Shown here piece after piece: positions 9,281 to 17,157 of a stretch of DNA of 64,000 bases. How positions within the stretch are numbered: position 1 is the first letter of the stretch; every line of letters begins with the position of its first letter. The position numbers and the translations under genes are program-made. The stretch is from Sulfuricellaceae bacterium. GTDB lineage: Bacteria; Pseudomonadota; Gammaproteobacteria; Burkholderiales; Sulfuricellaceae. The DNA lies in NCBI GenBank assembly GCA_041674485.1, contig JBAYVP010000002.1, positions 9,897-73,896 on the forward strand, read 5' to 3'. The notes under the pieces are model-generated. The model searched no databases, had not been told where the DNA came from, and was given only the letters and a program-made list of their open reading frames with translations.

Positions 9281-11347
9281 TTACTTGTTTGCCTTGAGTT
9301 GCGCCTTCATTTTTTCGAGCAAATCCTGACCCAGCAGATCGCCGGGATTTTCCCGTGCAGCAACAAAATTTTTGATGGTATCAAAACGCTTGTCGGCTTC
9401 GGGATTGTCCTTGAGGCGCGGCACGCGATCGCGCGCAATCTCGTAGGCATCGAAGCTCAATTCCTGCATTCCGAACCCCTTCATGCGCTGCACCGCGCGC
9501 ATCATGGCGTTATTGCGGAAGCGCGTCAGGTCGCTGGAAGTAATGCGCGCCAAACCTTCCTTGCGCGCGTTGAATTCGGCGGCTTTTTTGATGCCCGCGC
9601 GGTTGAAGTCGGGCGCGGACAATACGCGCGCCAAGGCATCCTCGTCCCATTCCACGCCGCCGGTCAGTTGCGCGATGGCCGCCTCGACATCCACTCTCTC
9701 AACGGTGGCGGCGCGGCGTTTTTGGGTGAAGCTTTCTGCGGCACCTTCCAGAGCAGGCTCAACAAACATGCGCACCTGTGGCGCTTTTTCGGCTAGGAAC
9801 GCCGTGAGCATTTGATCAGATTCATCCGTCCACGAAAAACTGCGACCGGGTGGCTGTTCCGATTCCAGCCTGTCCAACAGCTTGATATTGACTTCCAGTC
9901 TGCCCTCGGAACGCGCGACATCTTCGGCAATCGCGCGCACCCCTTCCTGCAGGAAAGCGGGCATGGCCGCAAGGCGCTCGCGCGCCTGCTCGCTCCACGG
10001 CAACGTGGCAGCAGAAGCTTGGCCTGCCGCCGATGATGCGGCTTGCAGGTTTGCGTCTCCTGCTGCGCCAGATTTCATATCGGGTCGCGGCGGCCCGCCA
10101 TTGCCGAAGCGTTTGGCGGACAAAGTTGCCAAATGCTCTTCCGTCACCACATGCAAGCCAAGATCATGCACATAGCTTTCCGCGCGTTTCTTGACCATCT
10201 TGCGCAGGAAGGAGGGAACACGCGACAGGCGCTTCTCCGCCTCTTCACTCCAGGACAGCGTTTCAGTTTGCTCGGCCAGCGGCTCGATGACGGCGGCTCC
10301 CTCGGGTACATAAACGCACCAGGGATCGGTATCCATCAGGCTGTCGCCGAGGGCGAGGGGTCGCGCGCGGCAACCGCCGCACAATTTCCGGAATTCGCAA
10401 CTGCCGCACTTGCCTTGCAGCCTGGGATTGCGCAATGCCTGAAAGGTAGGCGATTGATTCCAGATGTCCCAAAATTTAGCGTCGCGGATGTTGCCTTCTT
10501 CATCGGGAATATACGGGCAGGCCGTCACGCCGCCTTCCGGGGTGATGCGGCAATAATGGATGCCGGCCAGACAACCGCCGCCCTCGTATCCGGCGGCACG
10601 GGTGAGCGTCGATTGCGGGTTGCGCTGATAGGCGATGCGCTTGTAATGGGGAGCGCAGCGGGCGCGGATCAGCAAATCCCGGCTCTGCTCTTGCGCCGCC
10701 ACCAATTGGTTGAGCACCCGCTCATAAGTGATGGGACTGATATCCGACATGGATTCGCCGCGACCGGTACACACCAGGAAGAACACGTTCAGCACCCGCG
10801 CCCCGGAAGCCCGAGCAAAATCTATCATGCCCGGCACTTCGTCGGCATTGGATTCGGTGACGGAGAAATGGATCTGGAAGGGCATGCCGTGGCGCTTGCA
10901 GGCCTCAATGCCCTGCATGGTTTTCTCCCACGCGCCCGACAACCCGCGGAAGGCATCGTGCTTTTCGGGGTCGAGAGAATCGACGCTGATACCTGCGCCC
11001 ATCGCGCCGGCAGCCTTCAGCGATTGCACGCGCTTATCGGTAAGCGCCACGCCGTTTGTCCCAACCACCATGGCAAGGCCGCGTCCGGTACCATGCGCTA
11101 CCAGTTCCTCCAGATCGCCACGCATCATCGGTTCACCGCCGGTGAGCACCACCATGGTTTCCGTGCTGCGTGCCGCAATGTCGTCCAGCAGGCTGCACAC
11201 CTCCACCGTGGTGAGCTCGTTCCTGTCGCCATGCTTCATGGTTTCCGCATCCATGTAGCAGTGGGCGCAGGCAAGATTACAGCGCTTGGTCAGATTGATG
11301 GCGAGCAGAAACAGGCCGTTTGCATCGGCGGTGCGAGATACATCCAT
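9281..11347 (-). CDS. Radical SAM/SPASM enzyme (NirJ/AhbD-like core) fused to three or four PCP_red-like (BchB C-terminal-like) domains
   Basis: CNLACAHCY (CxxxCxxC) and GGEPMMR. SPASM Cys cluster GGGCLAG...ACPY...GKCGSCEFRKLCGGCRARP. Then repeated W-S/T-x-E-A...VP-x-F modules (LSWSEEAEKRLSRVPSFLRKMVKK; LPWSEQARERLAAMPAFLQEGVR; FSWTDESDQML; VEWDEDALARVLSAPDFNRAGIKK). Start moved to ATG 11347, which overlaps the upstream stop (TAATG); the longer track ORF would overlap the upstream gene by 214 nt. Confidence 0.8.
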   Translation of the reverse strand: MDVSRTADANGLFLLAINLTKRCNLACAHCYMDAETMKHGDRNELTTVEVCSLLDDIAARSTETMVVLTGGEPMMRGDLEELVAHGTGRGLAMVVGTNGVALTDKRVQSLKAAGAMGAGISVDSLDPEKHDAFRGLSGAWEKTMQGIEACKRHGMPFQIHFSVTESNADEVPGMIDFARASGARVLNVFFLVCTGRGESMSDISPITYERVLNQLVAAQEQSRDLLIRARCAPHYKRIAYQRNPQSTLTRAAGYEGGGCLAGIHYCRITPEGGVTACPYIPDEEGNIRDAKFWDIWNQSPTFQALRNPRLQGKCGSCEFRKLCGGCRARPLALGDSLMDTDPWCVYVPEGAAVIEPLAEQTETLSWSEEAEKRLSRVPSFLRKMVKKRAESYVHDLGLHVVTEEHLATLSAKRFGNGGPPRPDMKSGAAGDANLQAASSAAGQASAATLPWSEQARERLAAMPAFLQEGVRAIAEDVARSEGRLEVNIKLLDRLESEQPPGRSFSWTDESDQMLTAFLAEKAPQVRMFVEPALEGAAESFTQKRRAATVERVDVEAAIAQLTGGVEWDEDALARVLSAPDFNRAGIKKAAEFNARKEGLARITSSDLTRFRNNAMMRAVQRMKGFGMQELSFDAYEIARDRVPRLKDNPEADKRFDTIKNFVAARENPGDLLGQDLLEKMKAQLKANK

Positions 11348-13170
11348 TATTGTCCCGCGTCTTGAGGGTTCCCGTCCTGGGAGTTCTGGGCTTTTTTGCC
11401 GAAGCCAAACGGGCAACCGCTCTTGGCAGCCGGCTCGCTTTTTCCCATCATGGTTTTTTCCATTTCGCCGCGCGCCTGCTTGAGGCCGTTTTCTGCCACG
11501 TCCAGAGTGACTTCGGCGTGGCCATTTTGCCGGGCAAAATTCTCGATGCTCTGCTTGCACCGGTCGCGCATGAAACCCTCAGGCACCCGCATCAGGCGCG
11601 CCAGCGCGGCGGCCTGCCAATGAATTTCGGATGAACCGGGTAGCCCCGCCGCCGCTGCGGGCTGGGCGCTATCCGGCGCGTCGGTGTCGAGGAACGATTT
11701 AATATGCTTGGCTTCCACCGCGTCACACTTTTCCTGACGCGCTTTCTTCTCGGCGCGCATACTGAGATTGCCGCGCACCGAAAGGTCTTCGACGGTGCGC
11801 AACAGCGCAACCGCCTCGTCGGACCAGCGCATGACCTCTTCCGCCGCTGGCTTGCGCTTCAATTCTCCCGCATCGTAGGCCGCGACGATTTCCCCCATAG
11901 CCTGCTCCGCATGATTCGGCATGAGCTGCGCGGTCGCTTCGTCCACAATCTTCTGGGTGATGACGGTGTGGCCATGTTCCTGCGCATAGCGCATGATGGC
12001 CATGCGCGCCATGTTGCGGACGAAGGAAGGCACCCGCTCCATCCGTGCTTCGGCCTCATGCGTCCAAGAGGTAGTGACGCCCGACACGACATCTATTTTC
12101 GGCTGGTATTCGCGCATGCTGAGCAAAATGGCGCAGTCCACATTTTCCAGCAAATGCTCGCTATTGCCGCCGATGTCGAGTTCATCATCGGCATGAATGC
12201 CCAACTTGCCGACGATCAGCAAGGAGGGCTTGATTTTTTTGACATACTTCTCGATGGCATCGTGAGGCTTGCCATCCAGCAGCTCGGTTTCTATTTCAAC
12301 GCCAAAATCCCCGGCGATGGATCGGGCGACAGCCAAATGGCCGTCATAGATTTTTGCCAACCCAGAGTCTATGATCTCTTCGTGCAGCTTTTCCTGATCC
12401 TTGAATTTGAATACCTTGCCTGCCTCTTCGGACAGCACGCCGGCAATCCGGTTAAAGGCAACATAGTGGTAATAGGGATCGAAGGCGGCAATAACCTTGA
12501 CCGGAACCTGCCAAGTTTTGCCTAGCGCCAGCCCGGTGAGCAAGCCACCGTACGACTTGGCTGAGCCGTCCACCGCGACGACTATCGGGCCTTTCTTGAT
12601 CGCGCGCTCGGGTTCCTTGATAACCAGCGTATCAATGGCCGAACGCCGCGCCACCCGTCGGCACACGGTACCCAACCGGCTCCCTTTTATCGCGCCTAGC
12701 CCTAGCGCTCCCATAATGAGCAGATCGTATTTTCCGGTATTCGTTTCCCGCGTAAGTTCGCGGTAATTTTTTCCTTCAAGCGAGCTGCGCTTGAAGTCGA
12801 TGCCAAGCCGTTCGCATTCGTTGGCAGCCTGATCGAGATAAGAATCGGTGATGATCGACAAGCCGCGTGTGATCAGGTCGTCATGCACATCCCGCTGCCG
12901 CTCCAACTCCTGTTCTTGCCGGAACTGTTCTGGCAGGCCGCCTTCCATCTGGCGAAAACGCATGTCATGCAGCTTGGCGGCATAGACATGGCTACCGGTA
13001 ATCACTGGCGTATCCACCAGACCCGCCAGTTCGGTGGCGCTCTGCATAGCGGCATTGGCATGGTCTGATGAATCCAGTGCCACCAGAATACGTTGATAAA
13101 AACCGGTGTCTAGCGATGGGTGAGACTCTTCGGCAACGGCCAAAGAAACTTGGGACGTCATGTGATGCAC
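11347..13170 (-). CDS. Tandem universal-stress-protein (USP) domains fused to three PCP_red-like domains
   Basis: Two USP-like halves (ILVALDSSDHANAAM...LLIMGALG; IVVAVDGSAKSYGGL...SLLIVGKLG). Then TSWTHEAEARMERVPSFVRNMARMAI, MRWSDEAVALLRTVEDL and IHWQAAALARLMRVPEGFMRDRCK modules. Confidence 0.75.
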   Translation of the reverse strand: MHHMTSQVSLAVAEESHPSLDTGFYQRILVALDSSDHANAAMQSATELAGLVDTPVITGSHVYAAKLHDMRFRQMEGGLPEQFRQEQELERQRDVHDDLITRGLSIITDSYLDQAANECERLGIDFKRSSLEGKNYRELTRETNTGKYDLLIMGALGLGAIKGSRLGTVCRRVARRSAIDTLVIKEPERAIKKGPIVVAVDGSAKSYGGLLTGLALGKTWQVPVKVIAAFDPYYHYVAFNRIAGVLSEEAGKVFKFKDQEKLHEEIIDSGLAKIYDGHLAVARSIAGDFGVEIETELLDGKPHDAIEKYVKKIKPSLLIVGKLGIHADDELDIGGNSEHLLENVDCAILLSMREYQPKIDVVSGVTTSWTHEAEARMERVPSFVRNMARMAIMRYAQEHGHTVITQKIVDEATAQLMPNHAEQAMGEIVAAYDAGELKRKPAAEEVMRWSDEAVALLRTVEDLSVRGNLSMRAEKKARQEKCDAVEAKHIKSFLDTDAPDSAQPAAAAGLPGSSEIHWQAAALARLMRVPEGFMRDRCKQSIENFARQNGHAEVTLDVAENGLKQARGEMEKTMMGKSEPAAKSGCPFGFGKKAQNSQDGNPQDAGQ

Positions 13171-13283
13171 CTCTTTGCTTTAATCTTTGGGAACACTGAT
13201 ACGCAGAATCGCGAATTATAGGGCAAATTCAGATGCCGGATATTTGAACAAGAATATTATTTTTTGCCGCCACAAAACAAGAA

Positions 13284-13320
13284 AGGTATATCCCTGGAAT
13301 TTCTTCCGCAGGATATACCT
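13284..13320 (-). terminator. Probable rho-independent terminator after the NosZ-like/cytochrome c unit
   Basis: Perfect 10 bp inverted repeat AGGTATATCC-N17-GGATATACCT, 88 nt downstream of the 13409 stop. It is followed on the minus strand by UUCUUGUUUUGUGG. Confidence 0.5.
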
Positions 13321-13408
13321 CGCTCAAACTATCTCTTGCTGCTTCTGTATTTCCAGCCTACTTACACACCATAACCTTCAGGTGAGCTTTCGGCTTGAAA
13401 AATATTTA

Positions 13409-14371
13409 TTACTTAACCTTCACTGCGACTTCTGTCGGCTTCTTTCTGTTGCCGCCATCTACATATCCGCCGCCGACCAGTTCTGAACCAGGAGCACGCC
13501 CGGTCATTTCGGATTCAATCGTCTCTTGCAACTCCTTGAAATCTGCGCTCTTCGAAGCATTGAGTGCATCTACATCGCCCTTGATCGGCTTAAAGGTAGA
13601 TTTAGGGTTAAGGTATGCTTCCACGCTGGTGGGTGGCGGTACATCCTGCATCGCGCGGATAAAGGCAATAATGTCCCAAATGTCCTGATCCTGCAGCACG
13701 TTGCCCCAATTAGGCATGGACGAAGACAGCGATACTTGCTCGCCGCCACCCTTGATCACCGCATACAACTCAAGGTTGGTCTTCTTGTTCATGTAGTCGC
13801 CACGAGTCAATGTTCTTGGGCGCGGGTTCAATTCGGAAGCACTGGGGCCGTCACCATGCATCAACCAACCGTGGCAGGCGATACAGTAGGAGTAGTAGTA
13901 AGTCTTGCCATGGTTCGGGTCAGCACCAGCAACCAGCGTTGCGCCAAATTTTGGCGACCATTGGTTCGTCCACTGATCGTACACGCTCTTATCCGTCACA
14001 CCATCGGAAGCAGGAGCTTTTACGCGATCCCACAATTCTGTCTTGAGACCGCCTTTAGCAGCTCCGCCATAACCGCTGTCCGTTTTGAAGGTCTTGGTGT
14101 CGGAGTTGCTGCGCTTGCCTACACCCGTCAAATAATCGAACGGTGCGATACCATAGGTACTGCCGCCTTTACCTTGCTCCATGTCATCGCCTTCTTTCAG
14201 AAACGCGGCCGATGCTTTTTTCGCTTCATCTTCAGTTACGGTAGGGCACTCTACCTTTTGCCCGCCGGCGGTACAACGCTTCTCCGGTGCAGCAAAAGAT
14301 GACGCACTTCCCCACATCATGCCCAAACTTGTCACTGCGATCAGGCCTATTTTCAACTTGGCATTCTTCAT
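13409..14371 (-). CDS. Exported 320 aa monohaem c-type cytochrome
   Basis: Signal peptide MKNAKLKIGLIAVTSLGMMWGSASSFA. One CIACHGWLMHGDGP motif and a distal SSMPNW. RBS AGAGGGAG lies upstream. Sits directly downstream of the NosZ-like gene. Confidence 0.75.
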   Translation of the reverse strand: MKNAKLKIGLIAVTSLGMMWGSASSFAAPEKRCTAGGQKVECPTVTEDEAKKASAAFLKEGDDMEQGKGGSTYGIAPFDYLTGVGKRSNSDTKTFKTDSGYGGAAKGGLKTELWDRVKAPASDGVTDKSVYDQWTNQWSPKFGATLVAGADPNHGKTYYYSYCIACHGWLMHGDGPSASELNPRPRTLTRGDYMNKKTNLELYAVIKGGGEQVSLSSSMPNWGNVLQDQDIWDIIAFIRAMQDVPPPTSVEAYLNPKSTFKPIKGDVDALNASKSADFKELQETIESEMTGRAPGSELVGGGYVDGGNRKKPTEVAVKVK

Positions 14372-14449
14372 TTTTTAATTCTCCCTCTTTAGACCACCCC
14401 CGCAAGGGGATGGCCGGTTATTCATCCGTATCTGGGCGCAAAGAGTCAA

Positions 14450-16207
14450 TTACAGACCCTTCACACGCTCCGCTACAGTAAGCTGACCCTCTTCCAACAA
14501 ACCTGGCAGATGTTGCGCCTTAGCGTAATCACCCACAGCTAGGTTAGATGGCCCAGCCTTAGGATCGTCAACGAAGAACGCCGCTCTCATTTCCAGATGC
14601 AACGGTCCGCAGAAGTGCGTACAGAAGATTTCATATTCCCCTGCAATATCCGCCGTAAACTCATGCACTGCGGTTACACCGCGTGGCAAGTCCATGTTGG
14701 AACGCTGACCGTAAGGACCATAAATCGTCAAACCCATGGTGACGTCAGGATTCTTGGTGATGCCAGCCGCCTTGTCGATGTTGGTCGCAAACAACCGCAC
14801 CTTGTCGCCCTTGTTCACCCTGACCTGACGGGGAATGTAGCCGTAGCTGAAGGCCTTCATGTGAATTTCCTTCACGCCATCAACCAGCTTGACGCCCGGT
14901 GGTGTGGTTTCCTTGGGAATGAAGTAGCGCTTCGATAATGCGCGATGTGGAGGATCCAGCAGATCGGTTCTGCCATTGATCAGCCCACCCTGTTCCGCCT
15001 CGCCCTTGGTCCAATCCTTGACCAGATAGGACATCAGACCCTTGGCGTTATGCGGCTCACCATCCACCGGCATAATCTTCAAAGTCTTGCCGTAGGTTGG
15101 GCTCTTTTCGCGCGCATCCCACATCTCGAAGTTAACCGGGAATACGATACCGGTTGGGCTGAACAGGCCGGTTGAGAACTTGTTCAACGCCATCACATAG
15201 GAGTTATCCGGGGAGATGGAAATATGACCCGTTCTATAGTGGGTTGGGATTTCGTCAACCACTTCAAGTTTTTTCAGGTCGATCTTCACGTTAGCGTCCG
15301 CCACGAAGCAGCTCTCATAGGCGTACTTGGAAGTCAGGCCATCCGGGCTGTCTATGCCAGCACGGTAGGAACCGCCATCCTTGTTATATACGTCCATGAC
15401 CGAATGCAGAGGACCCGCGCAAGTCGGTAGAACCTTCTTGACTGCCAATTTCTGTGTGTCGATGATGGTCATGGTCGCGGAGAGCTTATCGCTCACCAGC
15501 ACCAAAGTGCTTTCAGGAATGACGTCGGTGCCGTGTGGGTTCTTGCCCACTGGTATTTCCTTGATCAGCTTGAATGGGCTGGTGGAAAACACGCCCACGG
15601 TAGAGTGGTAGTAGTTACCCGCAAAAACATATTTACCATCCCGGCTGGCGTCGATATAGTCCGGCGCGCTTGGGGAAGGACCCCAGTCGATCACTTCGGT
15701 CTTGCCCGTCTTGATCTCGACCTTGGCCATCTTGCCGCTATACTCACCCGTTCCAAACAGATGCTTGCCATCGGTGCTCATTGCAATATGGTGAACGCCA
15801 AACGGGAAAGGCAGCGCGATGACTCTGGCCAAATAGCCAGTTTGAATATCGAACTCGCAAATCGTGTTGGCACCCTTATCGTTCAGGTAAACGTATTTGC
15901 CGTCCGGCGTACCGTTCTTGTTGCCCTTGTTGCTTCCACCAAATGAAATTTCGTGCGTATCCACGCCGCAATCGATATGGCGATAGGTTTTGAAACTGGG
16001 AATACCGATGATCGCCATCTTGCCGTCCACACCGCCGGACGAGTACAACAGCATCGGATCAATGGTTGGCGTATCCTTGCCATCCGGAACCGCAACCTGC
16101 CACCCCGGTATGACTTGCGATTTATCCGCAGCCGCATTCGCTGTGCTAGCCATCAAGCAACTCATTGAAAGAGCGCTCATCATTAAAAATTTCGTTTTGT
16201 TTTGCAT
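14450..16207 (-). CDS. Divergent NosZ-like protein: 7-bladed Cu beta-propeller plus C-terminal CuA-type cupredoxin domain, Sec-type signal
   Basis: Start ATG 16207 after AAGGGGAG. Signal MQNKTKFLMMSALSMSCLMASTANA has no RR motif. NosZ blocks: YSSGGVDGKMAIIGIPSF, DGKYVYLNDKGAN, KNPHG, GPLHS, THYRTGH, GEPHN. CuA loop is CTHFCGPLHLEM (C-x3-C-x3-H-x2-M). It deviates at the HH pair (DTHE) and the first CuA His (DVTMGL). Confidence 0.75.
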   Translation of the reverse strand: MQNKTKFLMMSALSMSCLMASTANAAADKSQVIPGWQVAVPDGKDTPTIDPMLLYSSGGVDGKMAIIGIPSFKTYRHIDCGVDTHEISFGGSNKGNKNGTPDGKYVYLNDKGANTICEFDIQTGYLARVIALPFPFGVHHIAMSTDGKHLFGTGEYSGKMAKVEIKTGKTEVIDWGPSPSAPDYIDASRDGKYVFAGNYYHSTVGVFSTSPFKLIKEIPVGKNPHGTDVIPESTLVLVSDKLSATMTIIDTQKLAVKKVLPTCAGPLHSVMDVYNKDGGSYRAGIDSPDGLTSKYAYESCFVADANVKIDLKKLEVVDEIPTHYRTGHISISPDNSYVMALNKFSTGLFSPTGIVFPVNFEMWDAREKSPTYGKTLKIMPVDGEPHNAKGLMSYLVKDWTKGEAEQGGLINGRTDLLDPPHRALSKRYFIPKETTPPGVKLVDGVKEIHMKAFSYGYIPRQVRVNKGDKVRLFATNIDKAAGITKNPDVTMGLTIYGPYGQRSNMDLPRGVTAVHEFTADIAGEYEIFCTHFCGPLHLEMRAAFFVDDPKAGPSNLAVGDYAKAQHLPGLLEEGQLTVAERVKGL

Positions 16208-16633
16208 TATTACTCCCCTTGTTCGCAACTGCTTAATTAATAGGATAGCGTAATGTTTACGCCGACCTTCAAACCAACACATTTACTTAGCTGCCACTAC
16301 GATTGCTCTTACTCAACACTGTACTGCATTCACTCAAAACTGCCAGCTTCACCATAAACCTTGCAACATCTAACCATGCGACATATTGTCGCTGCGGCAT
16401 TTTGTCGCATCATGCCCAAAATGAATACTATCGTCAAGAGAGAGGTGAAAAAATTTACGTTAATGCGGGGTACAAAGAAAAAAGGCGATATTTTGCACAT
16501 AACGTGATGAACAAGGCGGGAGCAAAGCACATGCCGAGTGGCAGTTTCTCATCAAGCCCCATGAGAGATAGTGACGTTTAACCCCCGCTACCAAACCATC
16601 CCAATCCGCCAAATTCCACAAACACAACCTATC

Positions 16634-16867
16634 TCACTGCGTTCCACTGCCTCCAGCCTGAATGCCCTGTCCGTCAGACACCTGTTTCCCGCTGCGAACC
16701 GCACCTATGGCGAACACGCAAGCCCCAAATAAAATGAGAAAAATGAATTTTTCATAAGCGGGCAACCCGCCGCGCAGGTTCAGCAAGATATCCAGCACAC
16801 CCAAGGCCATGATGATAAAGCCGAACAATTTGGTCTTTACACCGCGCCTGACGTATTCATTTTCCAT
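16634..16867 (-). CDS. Small two-TM membrane protein
   Basis: ATG 16867 lies 6 nt after AAGGAG. Sequence MENEYVRRGVKTKLFGFIIMALGVLDILL...FIFLILFGACVFAIGAV. Confidence 0.45.
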   Translation of the reverse strand: MENEYVRRGVKTKLFGFIIMALGVLDILLNLRGGLPAYEKFIFLILFGACVFAIGAVRSGKQVSDGQGIQAGGSGTQ

Positions 16868-17027
16868 AGCACACTCCTTGCGGATAAACAGGTTGCGAGT
16901 TTCTTGGCAATGCCGCTCGTCCAACTTCGCCGCTGCGATTATTTCACTGTAAGCAAATAAGTGACGTAATCACCTTTTTCTTGTACTGACTGCATCCTGC
17001 TAGATGCGCCTCACAAAATCAAACACC

Positions 17028-17135
17028 GTCATTCTGACCCCTCGACAAGCCTAGGACAGGCTCAGGACAGGCTGACCTACGACCAGGCCGGAATCCAGTC
17101 TTATCGACAAACTGGACACCGGCCTCGCTGGCGTA
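17028..17135. repeat. REP-like palindromic element (GGCCGGAATCCAG...CTGGACACCGGCC type)
   Basis: Imperfect inverted repeat 17086-17098 / 17112-17124, preceded by a direct repeat ACAGGCTCAGGACAGGCT. It lies in the intergenic gap. Confidence 0.5.
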
Positions 17136-17157
17136 ACAATTTCAGAGGCCCCCTGAA

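Noticed and set aside
10043-11365. 440 aa plus-strand ORF
   Set aside because: It is antisense to the radical-SAM gene, which has clear CxxxCxxC, SPASM and PCP_red motifs. The plus-strand translation is Arg/Ala/Gly-rich with no recognisable motif. This is a typical shadow ORF in GC-rich DNA.
9281-11560. Long 759 aa version of the radical-SAM ORF, and similar N-terminal extensions of 14450-16282, 17158-18783, 24213-25691, 39633-41183 and 47985-50762
   Set aside because: The extensions overlap upstream genes or precede clear RBS/signal-peptide starts. Internal starts give canonical N-termini, for example [15 protein letters not shown] for flagellin.
14450-16207. Calling this gene canonical nosZ (nitrous-oxide reductase)
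   Set aside because: The fold-level similarity is strong. However, two ligand positions appear altered and no nos accessory genes are nearby, so I give only a NosZ-like call and no gene symbol.
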